The notes under the pieces were generated by a model, which saw only the letters and a program-made list of their open reading frames with translations, did not search any database and was not told where the DNA came from. The translations under genes were made by a program, and so were the position numbers. DNA of 64,000 nucleotides. Origin: Phyllobates terribilis. Taxonomy: Eukaryota. Shown here piece after piece: positions 1 to 11,156 of the stretch. How positions within the stretch are numbered: the first letter of the stretch is position 1; each line of letters opens with the position of its first letter. The stretch spans positions 281,542,001-281,606,000 of the forward strand of contig NW_027362772.1 of NCBI RefSeq assembly GCF_046119375.1. The letters are read 5' to 3'.

Positions 1-794
1 GAAGGCCTAGTGAGGGCCTTGAGTGGGCCAAAGGCAGAGAGGAGAAGGAAGAAGTATATAGAGGGCAGAGGAGCATACCAGGTTCACCCCGATATATGTA
101 CCGGACACCGGGTCCGCGCCTACAGGTACCCTTTATACCCAGTAGGAACCACCGGAACCCCTGGATGACTACAGGTCCCAGGTTCACCAAACACTGACTA
201 CAGTACCAGGGCTAGGAGTCACAGAGGTCCCAGAGTCCAGGGAGAGTGATCTCCAAAGAGAAGGCCCTACCACCAGGTCAGCAGGTGCAAAGAGAGACAG
301 TAACCAAGCTAGGCCTAGCTCCAGGCAAGTCAGAAGCTTAGAGAATAAAGCAACGGATCAGGAGGCCCTATACCCGCTCACTGGGGAGAGCCCAAAAGTG
401 CGCCCTTCGCCTGGAGTACCCTGGACCGTGCCTGCAACATCACCAGTAAAGGTACTGAAGCTTACCCTCGTGTGAGTGTCCGTCTTTCCTCCGGGACAGT
501 CCTGCCGTCTCTCCCCTGCACCACCATTCATTACACCCCACGCTGCCCTGGAGCTAGCTCTACCTGTGGAGAGCCACACCATCTCTGCTGCCGTAACACC
601 AGCTCCAGAGGACTGCTCCACAGCGGTGGCACCCCTTAGCCGCATTCCTCAGGTGGCGTCACGAACACTTAAATCCCCTATAACTATTCCCCTTTTACTG
701 ACCGCCCTGGGTCACGGACCGGGCCAGCCAACGGGATATCCCCCGGCAACCAGAGGCCCGGCTGCCGAGTACCCCATGGCCCAGGGGGCGCGTC
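1..794 (+). mobile_element. Gypsy-type LTR, truncated by the window start; related to the LTRs at 55801-61338
   Basis: The last ~190 bp (TGACCGCCCTGGG..CACGGACCGGGCCAGCCA...CCGAGTACCCCAT.GCCC.GGGGGCGCGTC) match the LTR end at 61150-61338. Contains TGGCGTCACGAACA at 654-667. TSD cannot be checked. Confidence 0.65.
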
Positions 795-2390
795 TGTACC
801 GCCGGAGCGGTTTCAGGCTCAGGTACTGGCGGAGCAGTTTCAGGCTCAGGTACTGCTGGAGCGGTTTCAGGCTCAGGTACCGCCGGAGCAGTTTCAGGCT
901 CAGGTGCTGCTGGAGCAAATTCAGGCTTAGGTACCGGCGGAGCGGTTTCAGGCTCAGGTACTGCTGGAGCAATTTCAGGCTTAGGTACTGCTGGAGCAGT
1001 TTCAGGTTTAGGTACTGCCGGAGCGGTTTCAGGCTCAGGTACTGCTGTAGGAGATTCAGGCTCATGTACCGCTGGAGCGATTTCAGGCTCAGGTACTGCC
1101 GGAGCGGTTTCAGGCTCAGAAATCGCCAGAGCGGTTTCAGGCTCAGGTACTGCCGGAGCAGTTTCAGGCTCAGGTACCCCGAAGCTGTTTCAGACTCAGG
1201 TACCGCCGAAACGCTTTCAGGCTCAGGTACCGCAGTAGCGGTTTAAAGCTCAGGTACTGCTGGAGCAAATTAAGGCTCATGTATTGCTGGAGTGGTTTCA
1301 GGTTTAGGTACTGCCAGAGCGGTTTCAGGCTCAGGTACTGCTGTAGCAGATTCAGGCTCAGGTACCGCCAGAGCGGTTTCAGGCCCAGGTACTGCCGGAG
1401 CGGTTTCAGGCTCAGATACTGCCGGAGCAGTTTCAGGCTCAGGTACTACCGGAGCAGATTCAGACTCAGGTACCGCCGAAGCTGCTGCAGGCTCAGGTAC
1501 CGCCGGAGGAGATTCAGGCTCAGGTACTGCCAGAGTGGTTTCAGGCTCAGGTACCATCGGAGCGGTTTAAGGCCCAGGTACAGCCGGAGCAGTTACAGGC
1601 TCAGGTACCGCCAGAGTGGTTTCAGGCTCAGGTACCGACAGAGCAAATTCAGGCTCAGGTACTGACAGAGCAGTTTCAGGCTCAGGTACTGCCAGAGCGG
1701 TTTCAGGCTCAGGTACCGCTGGCGCGGTTTCAGGCTCAGGTACTGCAGGAGCGGTTTCAGGCTCAGGTACCACAGGAGCGGTTTCAGGCTCAGGTAGCGC
1801 CGAAGCGGTTTCAGGTTCAGGTACCGCCGGAGCTGTTTCAGACTCAGGTACTGCCGGAGCAGATTCAGGCTCAGGTACCACCGGAGCGGTTTCATGTTCA
1901 AGTACTGCCAGAGCGGTTTCAGGCTCAGGTACTGCTGTAACAGATTCAGGCTCAGGTACCGCCGGAGCGGTTTCAGGCTCAGGTACCGCCGGAGCGGTTT
2001 CAGGCTCAGGTACTGCAGGAGCGGTTTCAGGCTCAGGTACCACCGGAGCGGTTTCAGGCTCAGATACTGCCGGAGCAGTTTCAGGCTTAGATAGTGCCGG
2101 AGCTGCTGCCAGTTCAGTTACCGCCGGAGCAGCTTCAGGCTCTGGTACCGCCGTAGAGGCTGCAAGCTCTGGTACTGCTATAGAGGCTGCATGCTAAGGT
2201 ACCGCCGGAGCAGCTGCAGGCTCAATTGCCACCGGAGCAGCTTCAGGCTCTGGTACTGCCGTAGAGGCTGCATGCTAAGGTACCGCCGGAGCAGCTGCAG
2301 GCTCAGGTGCCACCGGAGCAGCTTCAGGCTCAGGTACTGCCGGAGAGGCTTCAGGCTAAGGTCCCGCCGGAGCGGTTTCAGGTTCAGGTA
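795..2390. repeat. 27-bp minisatellite (GGAGCGGTTTCAGGCTCAGGTACTGCC)n, roughly 55-60 copies
   Basis: Directly visible tandem array. The 27-nt period explains the many repetitive ORFs (VPEPETAPA, SGSGTAGAV, FRLRYCRSG). Confidence 0.95.
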
Positions 2391-2670
2391 ACCAGATAAC
2401 AGGAACAGGTATGGGTTCAGACTAGGCAGGTTCATCAACAGGTTGAGGTGCTAACAGAACAGGTTCAGGGACCTGACAACTCAAACTAACACTAACGAGG
2501 GCATTGTACAGCCACCTCCCTACAGGAAGCTAGCCTTAAATACTAGATGCCTCCCAGCTATTTGCTGGGGGCAGATTCAGAGTGCGTGCACTATCCCTTT
2601 AAGAAGCGGGGAGTGTGCCACCGTGAGACCCAAGCACGAGCCCAGGGGCAGGAAACCGTGGCAAAACAGT
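2391..2670 (-). mobile_element. Probable end of an older LTR that hosts the 27-bp array
   Basis: Short CAGGTTCAG/AACAGG repeats grade out of the array, a CCTTAAATA motif is present, and it ends in CCGTGGCAAAACA (TG on the minus strand). No partner LTR or TSD found. Confidence 0.3.
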
Positions 2671-3234
2671 CAGTATGTCGCCTGAAGGAGGGAGAGGGAA
2701 CATGCAGGGATGCCGGCATTATTGTTTCACCAAACCACAGGCAGCATGAATCAGAACTTGGATGCACGAATTCTGCCAAGTATGTTTTTCTCTAAAACAC
2801 TCTGACATTTCAGAAAAAACATAGTTGCAGTATCCGGCTGGTGACCATTGGCAGAGATGAGACTCCTCCAATAGCAGCAATTTGGTGACTGTGGAGATAT
2901 CAGCGTGTTCACACAGGACAAATCTCGTCTCAGGAGACCCCTCTGAGCAAGGTTGCCACTATGACCTTTTGTGGTGGCGTTTGTTTTTTCCCCCTCTATG
3001 TCATTGCTGTGTTTTGATTGGCCAAGATCAGAGGAAAAAAAAGACACCCGCAGAGTTCTGTGACATTAAAAATAAAATTAAAAGCAGGGAAAAAAACTCC
3101 CAAACAAGCCATTCTTTTTATGCTATTTATCAATCACCATAAATAATACATTCACTGCTTTGTACTGGTTGTTATTATTGCAGGGATAACAAATATGTCT
3201 GTGTTAAGTACCTGTTTGTGATGTTTATTTAAAA

Positions 3235-3400
3235 CAATTGTATTACAAAAAATGTAACTATAATCACAATTCTTATTATTAACAATTAGTATTATTAACA
3301 ATTATTATTGTAACTACAATTATTATTATTAACAATTATTATTAACAATTATTAACAATTATTATTATTAACAATTATTATTAGAATTATTCATTGTTTT
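3235..3400. repeat. AT-rich low-complexity repeat (TTATTATTAACAA)n
   Basis: Degenerate tandem copies of ttattattaacaa. Confidence 0.8.
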
Positions 3401-5363
3401 TGGACTTTTATTTATTTATTTTTAAACTTCTGGCTTTTACTTTCCAACTTTTATATTTAGCTAGAATTAATACAATGTAGATAGAGATGTGGATTCACCA
3501 GCACATTCTGCAAAAATAAAAATACTATTGAGGTTTTATGTAGAGAAAATTCTCTCCTACAAAACAGTGCAGCCTGTGGCTACAAACATACGGTAGTCTA
3601 AGACTTAAATATTTTGAGGCGTCTACTGAGCACAGAAGGAAGCCCCTCTAGTGACTGCTGTCCCTTAACCTGATCAAAATCTTTGCTTTAATTAAAAAAA
3701 AACAACGTAAAATTTAACACAATACAATAGTCATGGTTTGGATTTATTGCTCCCATTATGATAAAGATCTTATATAATATCTTGAAAAAATATCTTATAT
3801 ACCTGACGAATGTCCCATTTTATATAAAAAAGGGAGAGTTGGGGATTTAAGTACCAAAATGCAATTTTTTTGTGTCCACTTGTTAGCCCTCTTGGATCAC
3901 GGAAACAAGGGTTCCTATCTCTCTGTTTTGGAGGACTATGAATGGAGTAATGGTCACGCATGCGTCTATTCAAAATCTATGGGGCTGATATAGATAATAT
4001 TTACAGTACTTCACGATCTCCATCAGTCCCATAGAGGGGCATAGCACACAGGTGACCACCACTCCATTCATACGTCTCTGGAATAGGGACTTGGGACACA
4101 GATAGGTGAGACATGTTTTTCCTTTAAATAGTATAGGCTTTTTTCTTTTCCCATTGGGGTCGGACTGAACCCCTTTAGGTACCCCCGTCCTACAAACATG
4201 TCATCTTAATTTCTTAACTATTATTAGCTAAAATTGGAAGCAACCTAAGGCTCCATTAATTTCTGACTGGATCATCCTATAGGGGAAGGGAACGAACTTG
4301 AAAAACTAGATGAATTATACATAAAATATAGCAAATTGGGGCTCAAAATGCCCCACTAGGAGGTCTGAATCCTCCATGTCACATTGCAATTTAAAAAATA
4401 ATGGATAATAGAGGTCTCTGAACAGCAGAATAGCAGAAATCATTTTTTCATCGAGTGCCACCTAATGGAGGCAATCTTTTTTACATTTCACTGAACTCGG
4501 AGTGCAGAGTAATGAATAAATCCACATGCCGAATGAAGCTCCAACCCTTTGAATTTATTGGATTCATTTATGTTAAATGTCAGCAATTTCTATAGTTGTT
4601 TTGGCATGATGATAGGAAGTAGAAAACCTTTTGCTTGAAATAATGTTAATAATAGATGCTAAATAAAAAGTTCTGTGATCTCTTAAGAGAACATTAGACA
4701 TAGCAAATGTGCAGAAAACAATTTAAAAAATTTTCAGCTTTTTCTTCATTAATCTTCATAATTGTATTGTTTTGAATGTATAATATACACAGGCCAGTGT
4801 GATGCACTGTTGTGACGTCTGATCTGGCACTGGGGAGAAGTCATCTCTGAATATTGTGGTGTGTTATTATTCCTCAGCCAGTATGGGGGTATGTGCTATG
4901 TGATGTTCTGGACTGCCAAGGAATCACAAATCCTTTGTTATTAACACAGATTAGCATTGACTATGTTGCAGTAGAGATTCCACTGGGCTACTAAGGTTTA
5001 TTTATTATTAAGGCATTGCCTTTTTTAGTGGCTTAGAAATCTGATGTGCCACTCAAGAGCAAGGATTGCCCTGTGTCCTTTTAATAGTTAACAATTGCTG
5101 GTGAATCGGCTAGGTCAGAGAGCATCATGACTTTATCCATTTAAGATTATGTTTTCACGACACTAGAGGTCTGACACATGCAGACAGACAGCCGGGTATG
5201 TGTGCAGAGAATCATGTAACCCAGCAGAAAATATCTGCATCATAGCTAGCTAGAAGTAGGGGTGAGTAAAACTTGCTATTTATGGTGTGATACCCCAGTG
5301 ATATGGTAACGGCCACAAGGTAGCAAAGCAGGAAGCTTCTGCTTCTACTGCTGTCTTGTTGTC

Positions 5364-5899
5364 TGTCTCAGGTGAGAGAGACCAGCAAACCTTTAAGACC
5401 AAGCACTGTCTGTTACAATTCCTCCTCTCAGTGTGGTGAGTGGCAGCTCAGCCATCCAATCCGGGGTAGGAGCATGCTGAGCTGTCGGTATCGTGATAGT
5501 GTGGTGAGTGACAGTCCAGTCGCCCAATCAGGGCCTGGCATGCTGGGTTTCTTACAGGTGTCACCCATCTCCTACAGGTGATTCCCAGGCTATTTAGCTG
5601 GCTGTCTGACTCTTATCTCTGCCAGTTATAGCTCTGCTCAGTTTGGTGTGTGTTTGCTCTTTGCTTTTAGTTCTAATATTATAATCTTTGTTGACTGACC
5701 TTGGATTTTCCTTTGACCATCCATTTGCCTAGCCCCTTTGTCTTGAACCTCTACCTTCTTGGAATTCTGACCCTGGACTGTGATCTGACTCGGCCTTTGC
5801 CTCACCACGCTGTTTATGACGTACCCTGCTGGCTTTTGTCCTTGGACTCCCTGTCTTCCCCATCTCACGGGGTGTCCATAAGTAGTGACTAGCATCACA
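5364..5899. mobile_element. Solo LTR (~536 bp)
   Basis: TG...CA termini; imperfect 5-bp TSD TTGTC/TTGCC; pyrimidine-rich short internal repeats typical of anuran Gypsy LTRs. Confidence 0.5.
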
Positions 5900-7391
5900 T
5901 TGCCGTTACTGAGAAGGGGTGAGAACATCTAGTGTGGATGGAGCAGAAAGACTTATTCATGTAAGTGAAGAAAGCATGAGTGTGAGGGACTGATAGGTTA
6001 TAACTGTATTAATAGGCAACAGGAGAGCATAAGATTGTCATACACAATATTACAGGGCATGGCTGTCAAATGAAGCACCCACAAAGAGAGGCTGTAATAA
6101 GGAATGGGAATAAAAGGGTTTTGGCACAGAGGCTAAGCAAGAGAAAATACTTAGGGATTGTGGAAAGCGTTGTAAGTGCAAGCCCACTGTCTATACTTAT
6201 GTCAGTCACCCATTTACCTCTGTTCAAGTTGTTTCCTCTTGGAAATACGTCTGTAACCACCAAGTTTGTTGCTTCTGCAAAGTACATTTTTCTTGAACTT
6301 GTTGGTGTGAAGACACCAGAAACAACTCTACCACCAAGGTACATTGATTCCTATAATTTAATGAAAAGAGCACGCCATCACCTAGCCTAGCCCCATTACA
6401 ATAGGCCGCGGCCACAAGTCGTTCACGTGACAGGGGTGAGTAGATAAATAGAGGTCACGTTCCCGCTTTTGCAGTCCTGATATAGTTGACTTGTCAGATG
6501 CTTCTACACCAGATCGGGTTGATTGGGCTTGGGTCTTAGATGGAAAAGAAGCTAAACAGATTGCTACCTTGAGGAATACAGGCAATGTGCCTGTACGGGG
6601 AGGCTAAAATCCATTTCATCTGGCAACATTGAAAACACCTTGGATGAGATACTACCACCTGTTACTGAACTGTCAAGAATCTGTGCCCATGTGAATGGAC
6701 ATGGATATTGTACCTCTCGTTGTGCCGCACAAGCTGGTTTCATAACTCAGTCCACACAGACCACACCTTAGGAGTGGCATTGAGTTGCCCCCAATAACCT
6801 GGGTGAACCATACAGATATACAGATGAGACTCTTGGATGATGACGTGCTATGGTTCTTATCTCCTAGTTCAGATCTTCTACAGGTAAAATGATCGATGAA
6901 GATCTCAGCTAAGAAATCGAAAATTGTCCCATCTCCATGTTCCAACACACATGGAGATGAGACATGGAGGACACATTGTCCTTCATTTCTTTCTTAGTGA
7001 CAAGTTAACTCAAAAGTCTTTTCCCAGGGGATTTAGAAATCAGAGTCAGAAAAACACATTAACAGCAAATATTGGGGCAACCAACTCACCAAAAATCAGT
7101 CCAAAGGTGGATATACAAATTATACAGAGGAAAGACAGATATATGTTACTTATATACATTTCTAGCCAGTGCTCAGGAAGTTTGAACAATAAAAGATTGT
7201 CCCAGATTGTTGCAGAAGAGATAGAAGCTTGAATTGGAGACCCTCCAAATTGAGTAAATGTTGCGTCTTAAGAAAACCTGAGCTGAAGTTATCGCCTTTC
7301 CTCACGGGTTCACCTCTTGGCCCCCTCCTCTTGGCATCCCCTCCTGCTTTAATCTTCGGTCTGAGTTTGTGTCCTGTGTTTTTTTTATTTT

Positions 7392-7465
7392 TGAACTTTG
7401 TATTAAACGTGTCTTTATAATCTGATTGGGTGGGTGCCCATCAGTGGTGGAATCACTATATATAT
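7392..7465 (+). promoter_or_regulatory. APOA1-like proximal promoter: HNF4-like TGAACTTTG, inverted CCAAT, TATA box
   Basis: TGAACTTTG at 7392-7400, ATTGG at 7425-7429 and TATATATAT at 7457-7465, all upstream of a short exon ending in CCT|GTAAGT (donor 7518). Confidence 0.65.
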
Positions 7466-7486
7466 GCCAGGCGATGAGCAACTGCA

Positions 7487-7517
7487 GCTCACACAACATC
7501 CTGAACCTGGCAAACCT
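7487..7517 (+). other. apoa1: APOA1-like non-coding exon 1 (start approximate)
   Basis: About 25-30 nt after the TATA box; donor GTAAGT at 7518; pairs with acceptor TTGCAG| at 7760. Confidence 0.6.
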
Positions 7518-7788
7518 GTAAGTTACCCGTTTATGTTACGTTTTTTTACTAGAATTGATATTTTTATTTTAATATTATTGGTGGAAAGATTTAAAAAAAA
7601 AACTTTAATTGGTCATAGAAAAATGTATTAATGTATTACTGACATAACCAGGGATTAATTTGCCAGCAAATCTATTGGCTAGATTGCATTTGGGCATTTG
7701 GGTTAGAAGAGAGGATACATGTTCCGGATAATATTTCATTTCTGAATATGTCTATTGCAGGTTGGTGTATTGAAGAGTCTGCCCAAAC

Positions 7789-7831
7789 ATGAAAGCTTTG
7801 CTACTATCAGTAGCCCTGATCTTCTTTACAG
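7789..7831 (+). CDS. apoa1: APOA1-like coding exon 2, signal peptide MKALLLSVALIFFT(G)
   Basis: Exon begins 7761 after TATTGCAG; ATG at 7789; 43 coding nt; phase-1 donor G|GTATGA, as in human APOA1. Confidence 0.93.
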
Positions 7832-8870
7832 GTATGAGGACTCTTAGGACAGTAATACCGGGGAACATTTATCTGAGTTTCACCTTAGTATGGACAAATG
7901 GACAGCACGGCACTATGCTAAAGTTCCCGGCTGACTGCTGGGAGCTGCCAGATAGGGTTAGTTATTAGTCTGATTTGCTGCTACTTCTTATTCTTCTTAG
8001 CTCCTGTTTTGTCTGTAGGTTTCTTTTTCTGATCTTGGCCCATTTACTGACTACTCTACTGTCTTCTGATTTTCTACCTTGTTTGCTCTCCTGGTTCCGA
8101 TCTGGTGACCTGACCACTCCTGCCAGCATGCACCACCGGCCAGCAGCCTAGTATGTGGCTCCAACCCAGGGATCCCTGTGCAAGTCCAGATCCCTGTACA
8201 GGGGATAAAGGTTGAAGGCCAGGGATCTTGTAAATGGAATGGCTAGAGCTCAGCCTGTCTGTGCTAGCCATTTTTAGAGCTGGCAGGTGACCACTGACAG
8301 AGCCCCATTACACTAAGTGCTCATGCAGACATCCATGCAAATTGGTCTGATCTCGATCCTCAATGCAAGGACTGGCCGCCAGTCTCCCAACCCGAGAGGG
8401 ACAGCCTCATAGAAATACATGAAGCTGTCTCGCTTGGGGCGGGAGACCCTCGGCCAGTCCGTGCATTGTGGTTTGTGATCGGATCAACTTGCACAGGTGT
8501 CTGAATCAGCCCAAAGATTCATCTGACCAAACATTGCTGCTGCAGGGAAGATGTTGCATATATTTTTGTTGCTCTGACTGCAACGAAAATATATGGAAAG
8601 ATTGTTAGAAGCAACTTTCCGAAGGGCAGCCCATACGTGGACATACAAACTATCCAGAGCAAAGGCAGAAGTAAGTTTCTAATATCCATTTCTAGCCGGT
8701 GCTCAGAAAGTTTTAGCAAACTCATTCGAGTAATTCATGGAGGAGCCCAAATTGCCAGAATAGCTTTGCATTCTGACTCACAAAGCAAAGTCCTAAGTGG
8801 ACCCTCCTTTGTTAGTCATGGCGACGTATTTGCAGGGGTTATCTCATTGCATATTGTCTTTGTCTTGCAG

Positions 8871-9012
8871 GGGCGCAGGGCCGCCACTTTTGGCAACACG
8901 ATGAACCTAAAGAAGAAACAACTGATAAATCTTTGGAGAAGATTATGCACGATACTTGGGGCATAATAACCGGTCTCTGGGAAAACATGGATTATTCCTC
9001 CATTGCAAAAGA
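8871..9012 (+). CDS. apoa1: APOA1-like exon 3 (GAQGRHFWQHDEP...IAKE)
   Basis: Acceptor TGTCTTGCAG|; propeptide RHFWQHDEP matches ApoA-I RHFWQQDEP; phase-2 donor GA|GTAAGA; 142 nt. Confidence 0.93.
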
Positions 9013-9238
9013 GTAAGACATTTCTTTTAATTTGTGTACAAAATAATCAACTGATTATAGTCAGCTCACCCAATTCAGCAGATCCGTTGCACGGATGAAA
9101 ACTGCAGCACAGCAGGAAAAGACTTAGAGAAGAACTGGAACATCCAGCATCTGGATATATAAAATTAAGATTTTTAGTTACAAATAAATTAAACATTAGA
9201 GTAGTCCAAGTCACAACCATGCATGTGGCACAGGGATC

Positions 9239-9331
9239 GCAAACGTGTTTCGGATTATGAGTCCTTACTCATTGCTTGATCTCAAGCTTGGAAATAAAGC
9301 AATGAATAAGGACTCATAATCTGAAACGCGT
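9239..9331. ncRNA. Penelope-type hairpin containing two inverted minimal hammerhead-ribozyme-like motifs (APOA1-like intron 3)
   Basis: Arms 9243-9275 and 9299-9331 are near-perfect reverse complements. Minus copy reads GCA-ATGAGTA-A-GGA ctcataa TCC-GAAA-CACGTT-TGC. Confidence 0.45.
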
Positions 9332-9561
9332 GACTGACGGTGATGGACTGACACTTATGTCGAGAATGGGGCTTCATTGAGAAGGATAGGCAATAGTATG
9401 AGATTGGATTCCATTCTTGAGAGATGAAACCTGCTCTCATCACACATTTGTCCATATCCAGTAGATGCGATGACAGAGATGGGAATACCTCTTTAACAAT
9501 GTAATATAAGGTCCAAAGTTACAGATTTGTGATTTTGCAATAGGGAGTATTGGAGAGGAAT

Positions 9562-10186
9562 TGTCATGGGTGTATCAAGTGTGACAGACAGTTGTTCTGG
9601 ATTCGGCTGTAAAAGGTCACTGCACTTGGCATTGCAGACGCCTTCTTGATCCTCTCATCTCTGTAGTGTAGTGATATCCTTCTCCCTTTAGGACCAAGCC
9701 ACGACCTCCACCTTCTGTTGCTAATTGATACACCCTACACCCTTGCTTGGTAGTTAAAACTATCAGTGTTTTGCCAGAGAGTCACCGGTGATAGTTCTAT
9801 ATTCCTCTGTCCATGCCTGGAGTGCTAGTAGTTGGCTAGTTTATTCTTGGACTTCCCTTGGAGAACAGTTGGCGTTATTTCTCTGGTGTCTTCTTAAGCT
9901 AAGTGTATTCCATTTGTTTGTTTACCTTGTTGTCTTTAGTTTGTAGTGGGGACTGATTAGTGTTCACCCCGTCCCCTCCCTACCTACCTAGGGCCTAGCT
10001 CTAGGGACATTCAGGAATTAGGTTTCCTGCTTTTGATAGGTGCAGAACCTATTTGGGGACAATATTGTAGTCAGGGTGATATTAGATCTGCCTAGGGGTC
10101 TCCACTTCCCCTTTCCCTAGTTGTTGGGCTCCCTTCCCCCTCTTCCCGTCGTTGTACACTTGTTCCTTCCCTCACCATGCGTGACA
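9562..10186. mobile_element. Solo LTR (625 bp) in APOA1-like intron 3
   Basis: TGTCA...TGACA termini with a perfect 5-bp TSD GGAAT (9557-9561 and 10187-10191). Confidence 0.85.
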
Positions 10187-10446
10187 GGAATACCATAGTC
10201 GCAAGATATTTTCACATAAATTAAAGGGTATTTCTTTCTCAGCCGTGGTCAGAGGTGGCTGGGATAATGAAAACAGTGTATCACAGTCTTCTCGGTTGTT
10301 TATGTAGTACCCCTCATCTTTGTCTGCTGCATACAGACAGGTATGGCTGAGGTGGGAAACTGCCTTTAATGTAAAATGTGCCAAATCCCTCTACAATTCC
10401 TAGTAGTTATGAGTTAATTAAGTTGCATTTTTTTTTTAATTCCCAG

Positions 10447-11029
10447 ACATCAAATCAAAGAGAGGTGGGATTCTGCAAGGAAACACATGAACAAACTGGA
10501 GAAAGCCATAGACAGTTACTACGAAGAAGTTTATAAGAAGTTCGACGAACAGCTTCATGAAAAATTCCCGGTATTCAGGAAGAACGTTGTCCCTATTCTG
10601 AAGGAGTTTGATGTTGCCTTAGAAGAGCAGCTTGAGAAAATTGTAAAAAAAATAATTCCGGTTGGATCTGATCTCCTCGTTGGAATAAGCCAGCAAGTGG
10701 TCAAGTTCGTTGAAAGTTTGGAAAGTATCGCAGAACATGGTCGCGACAAATTGCGCGAGGAGATAGACAGCCTGCGCGTCAAAGTGCAACCCTACGTGGA
10801 CGATGTGCATGCGGAATACCAGAGGTATCGTACCAATATGCAAGGCGAACTAGAGAAGGATATGAAGGAGCTGAAGCAAGAGGTGGAGAAGAATATGGAG
10901 AAGCTGAAGGAACAGGCTAAGCCTCATCTCGAAAAATTTAAAAGTAAATTTCCTGATGGCAAAGAATTCCAGGAAAAAGTGGAGCAGTTTATTGCGGAGC
11001 TGAAAGAAGCACTTTCCAAAGAAGAGTAA
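10447..11029 (+). CDS. apoa1: APOA1-like exon 4, amphipathic helical repeats; full protein 255 aa
   Basis: Acceptor TTCCCAG|A completes the GA|A codon. HQIKERWDSARKHMNKLE aligns to LKLLDNWDSVTSTFSKLRE; GRDKLREEIDSLR aligns to MRDRARAHVDALR. CDS 43+142+583 = 768 nt. Syntenic position of APOA1, but the sequence is divergent and could be a paralogue. Confidence 0.92.
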
Positions 11030-11150
11030 AGACCACTAAAGAGGAAAGCAAAGAAGAAATGTTGTTGTGATTACTAACACTATTGACTTACAATTGACAA
11101 AATTGTAAAGTTTCTGCAAATCCATTCCTAACATTTTCCCACTATGTCTT

Positions 11151-11156
11151 AATAAA
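11151..11156 (+). terminator. Polyadenylation signal of the APOA1-like gene
   Basis: AATAAA about 120 nt after the stop codon. Confidence 0.7.

Noticed and set aside
476-2438. Many long overlapping ORFs (VPEPETAPA, SGSGTAGAV, RLRYCRSGF repeats)
   Set aside because: Products of a 27-bp tandem repeat that is open in several frames on both strands; no splice or promoter context.
7935-8300. LTR-like pyrimidine-rich segment in APOA1-like intron 2
   Set aside because: Ends in TGACA, but no matching 5' terminus or TSD could be identified.
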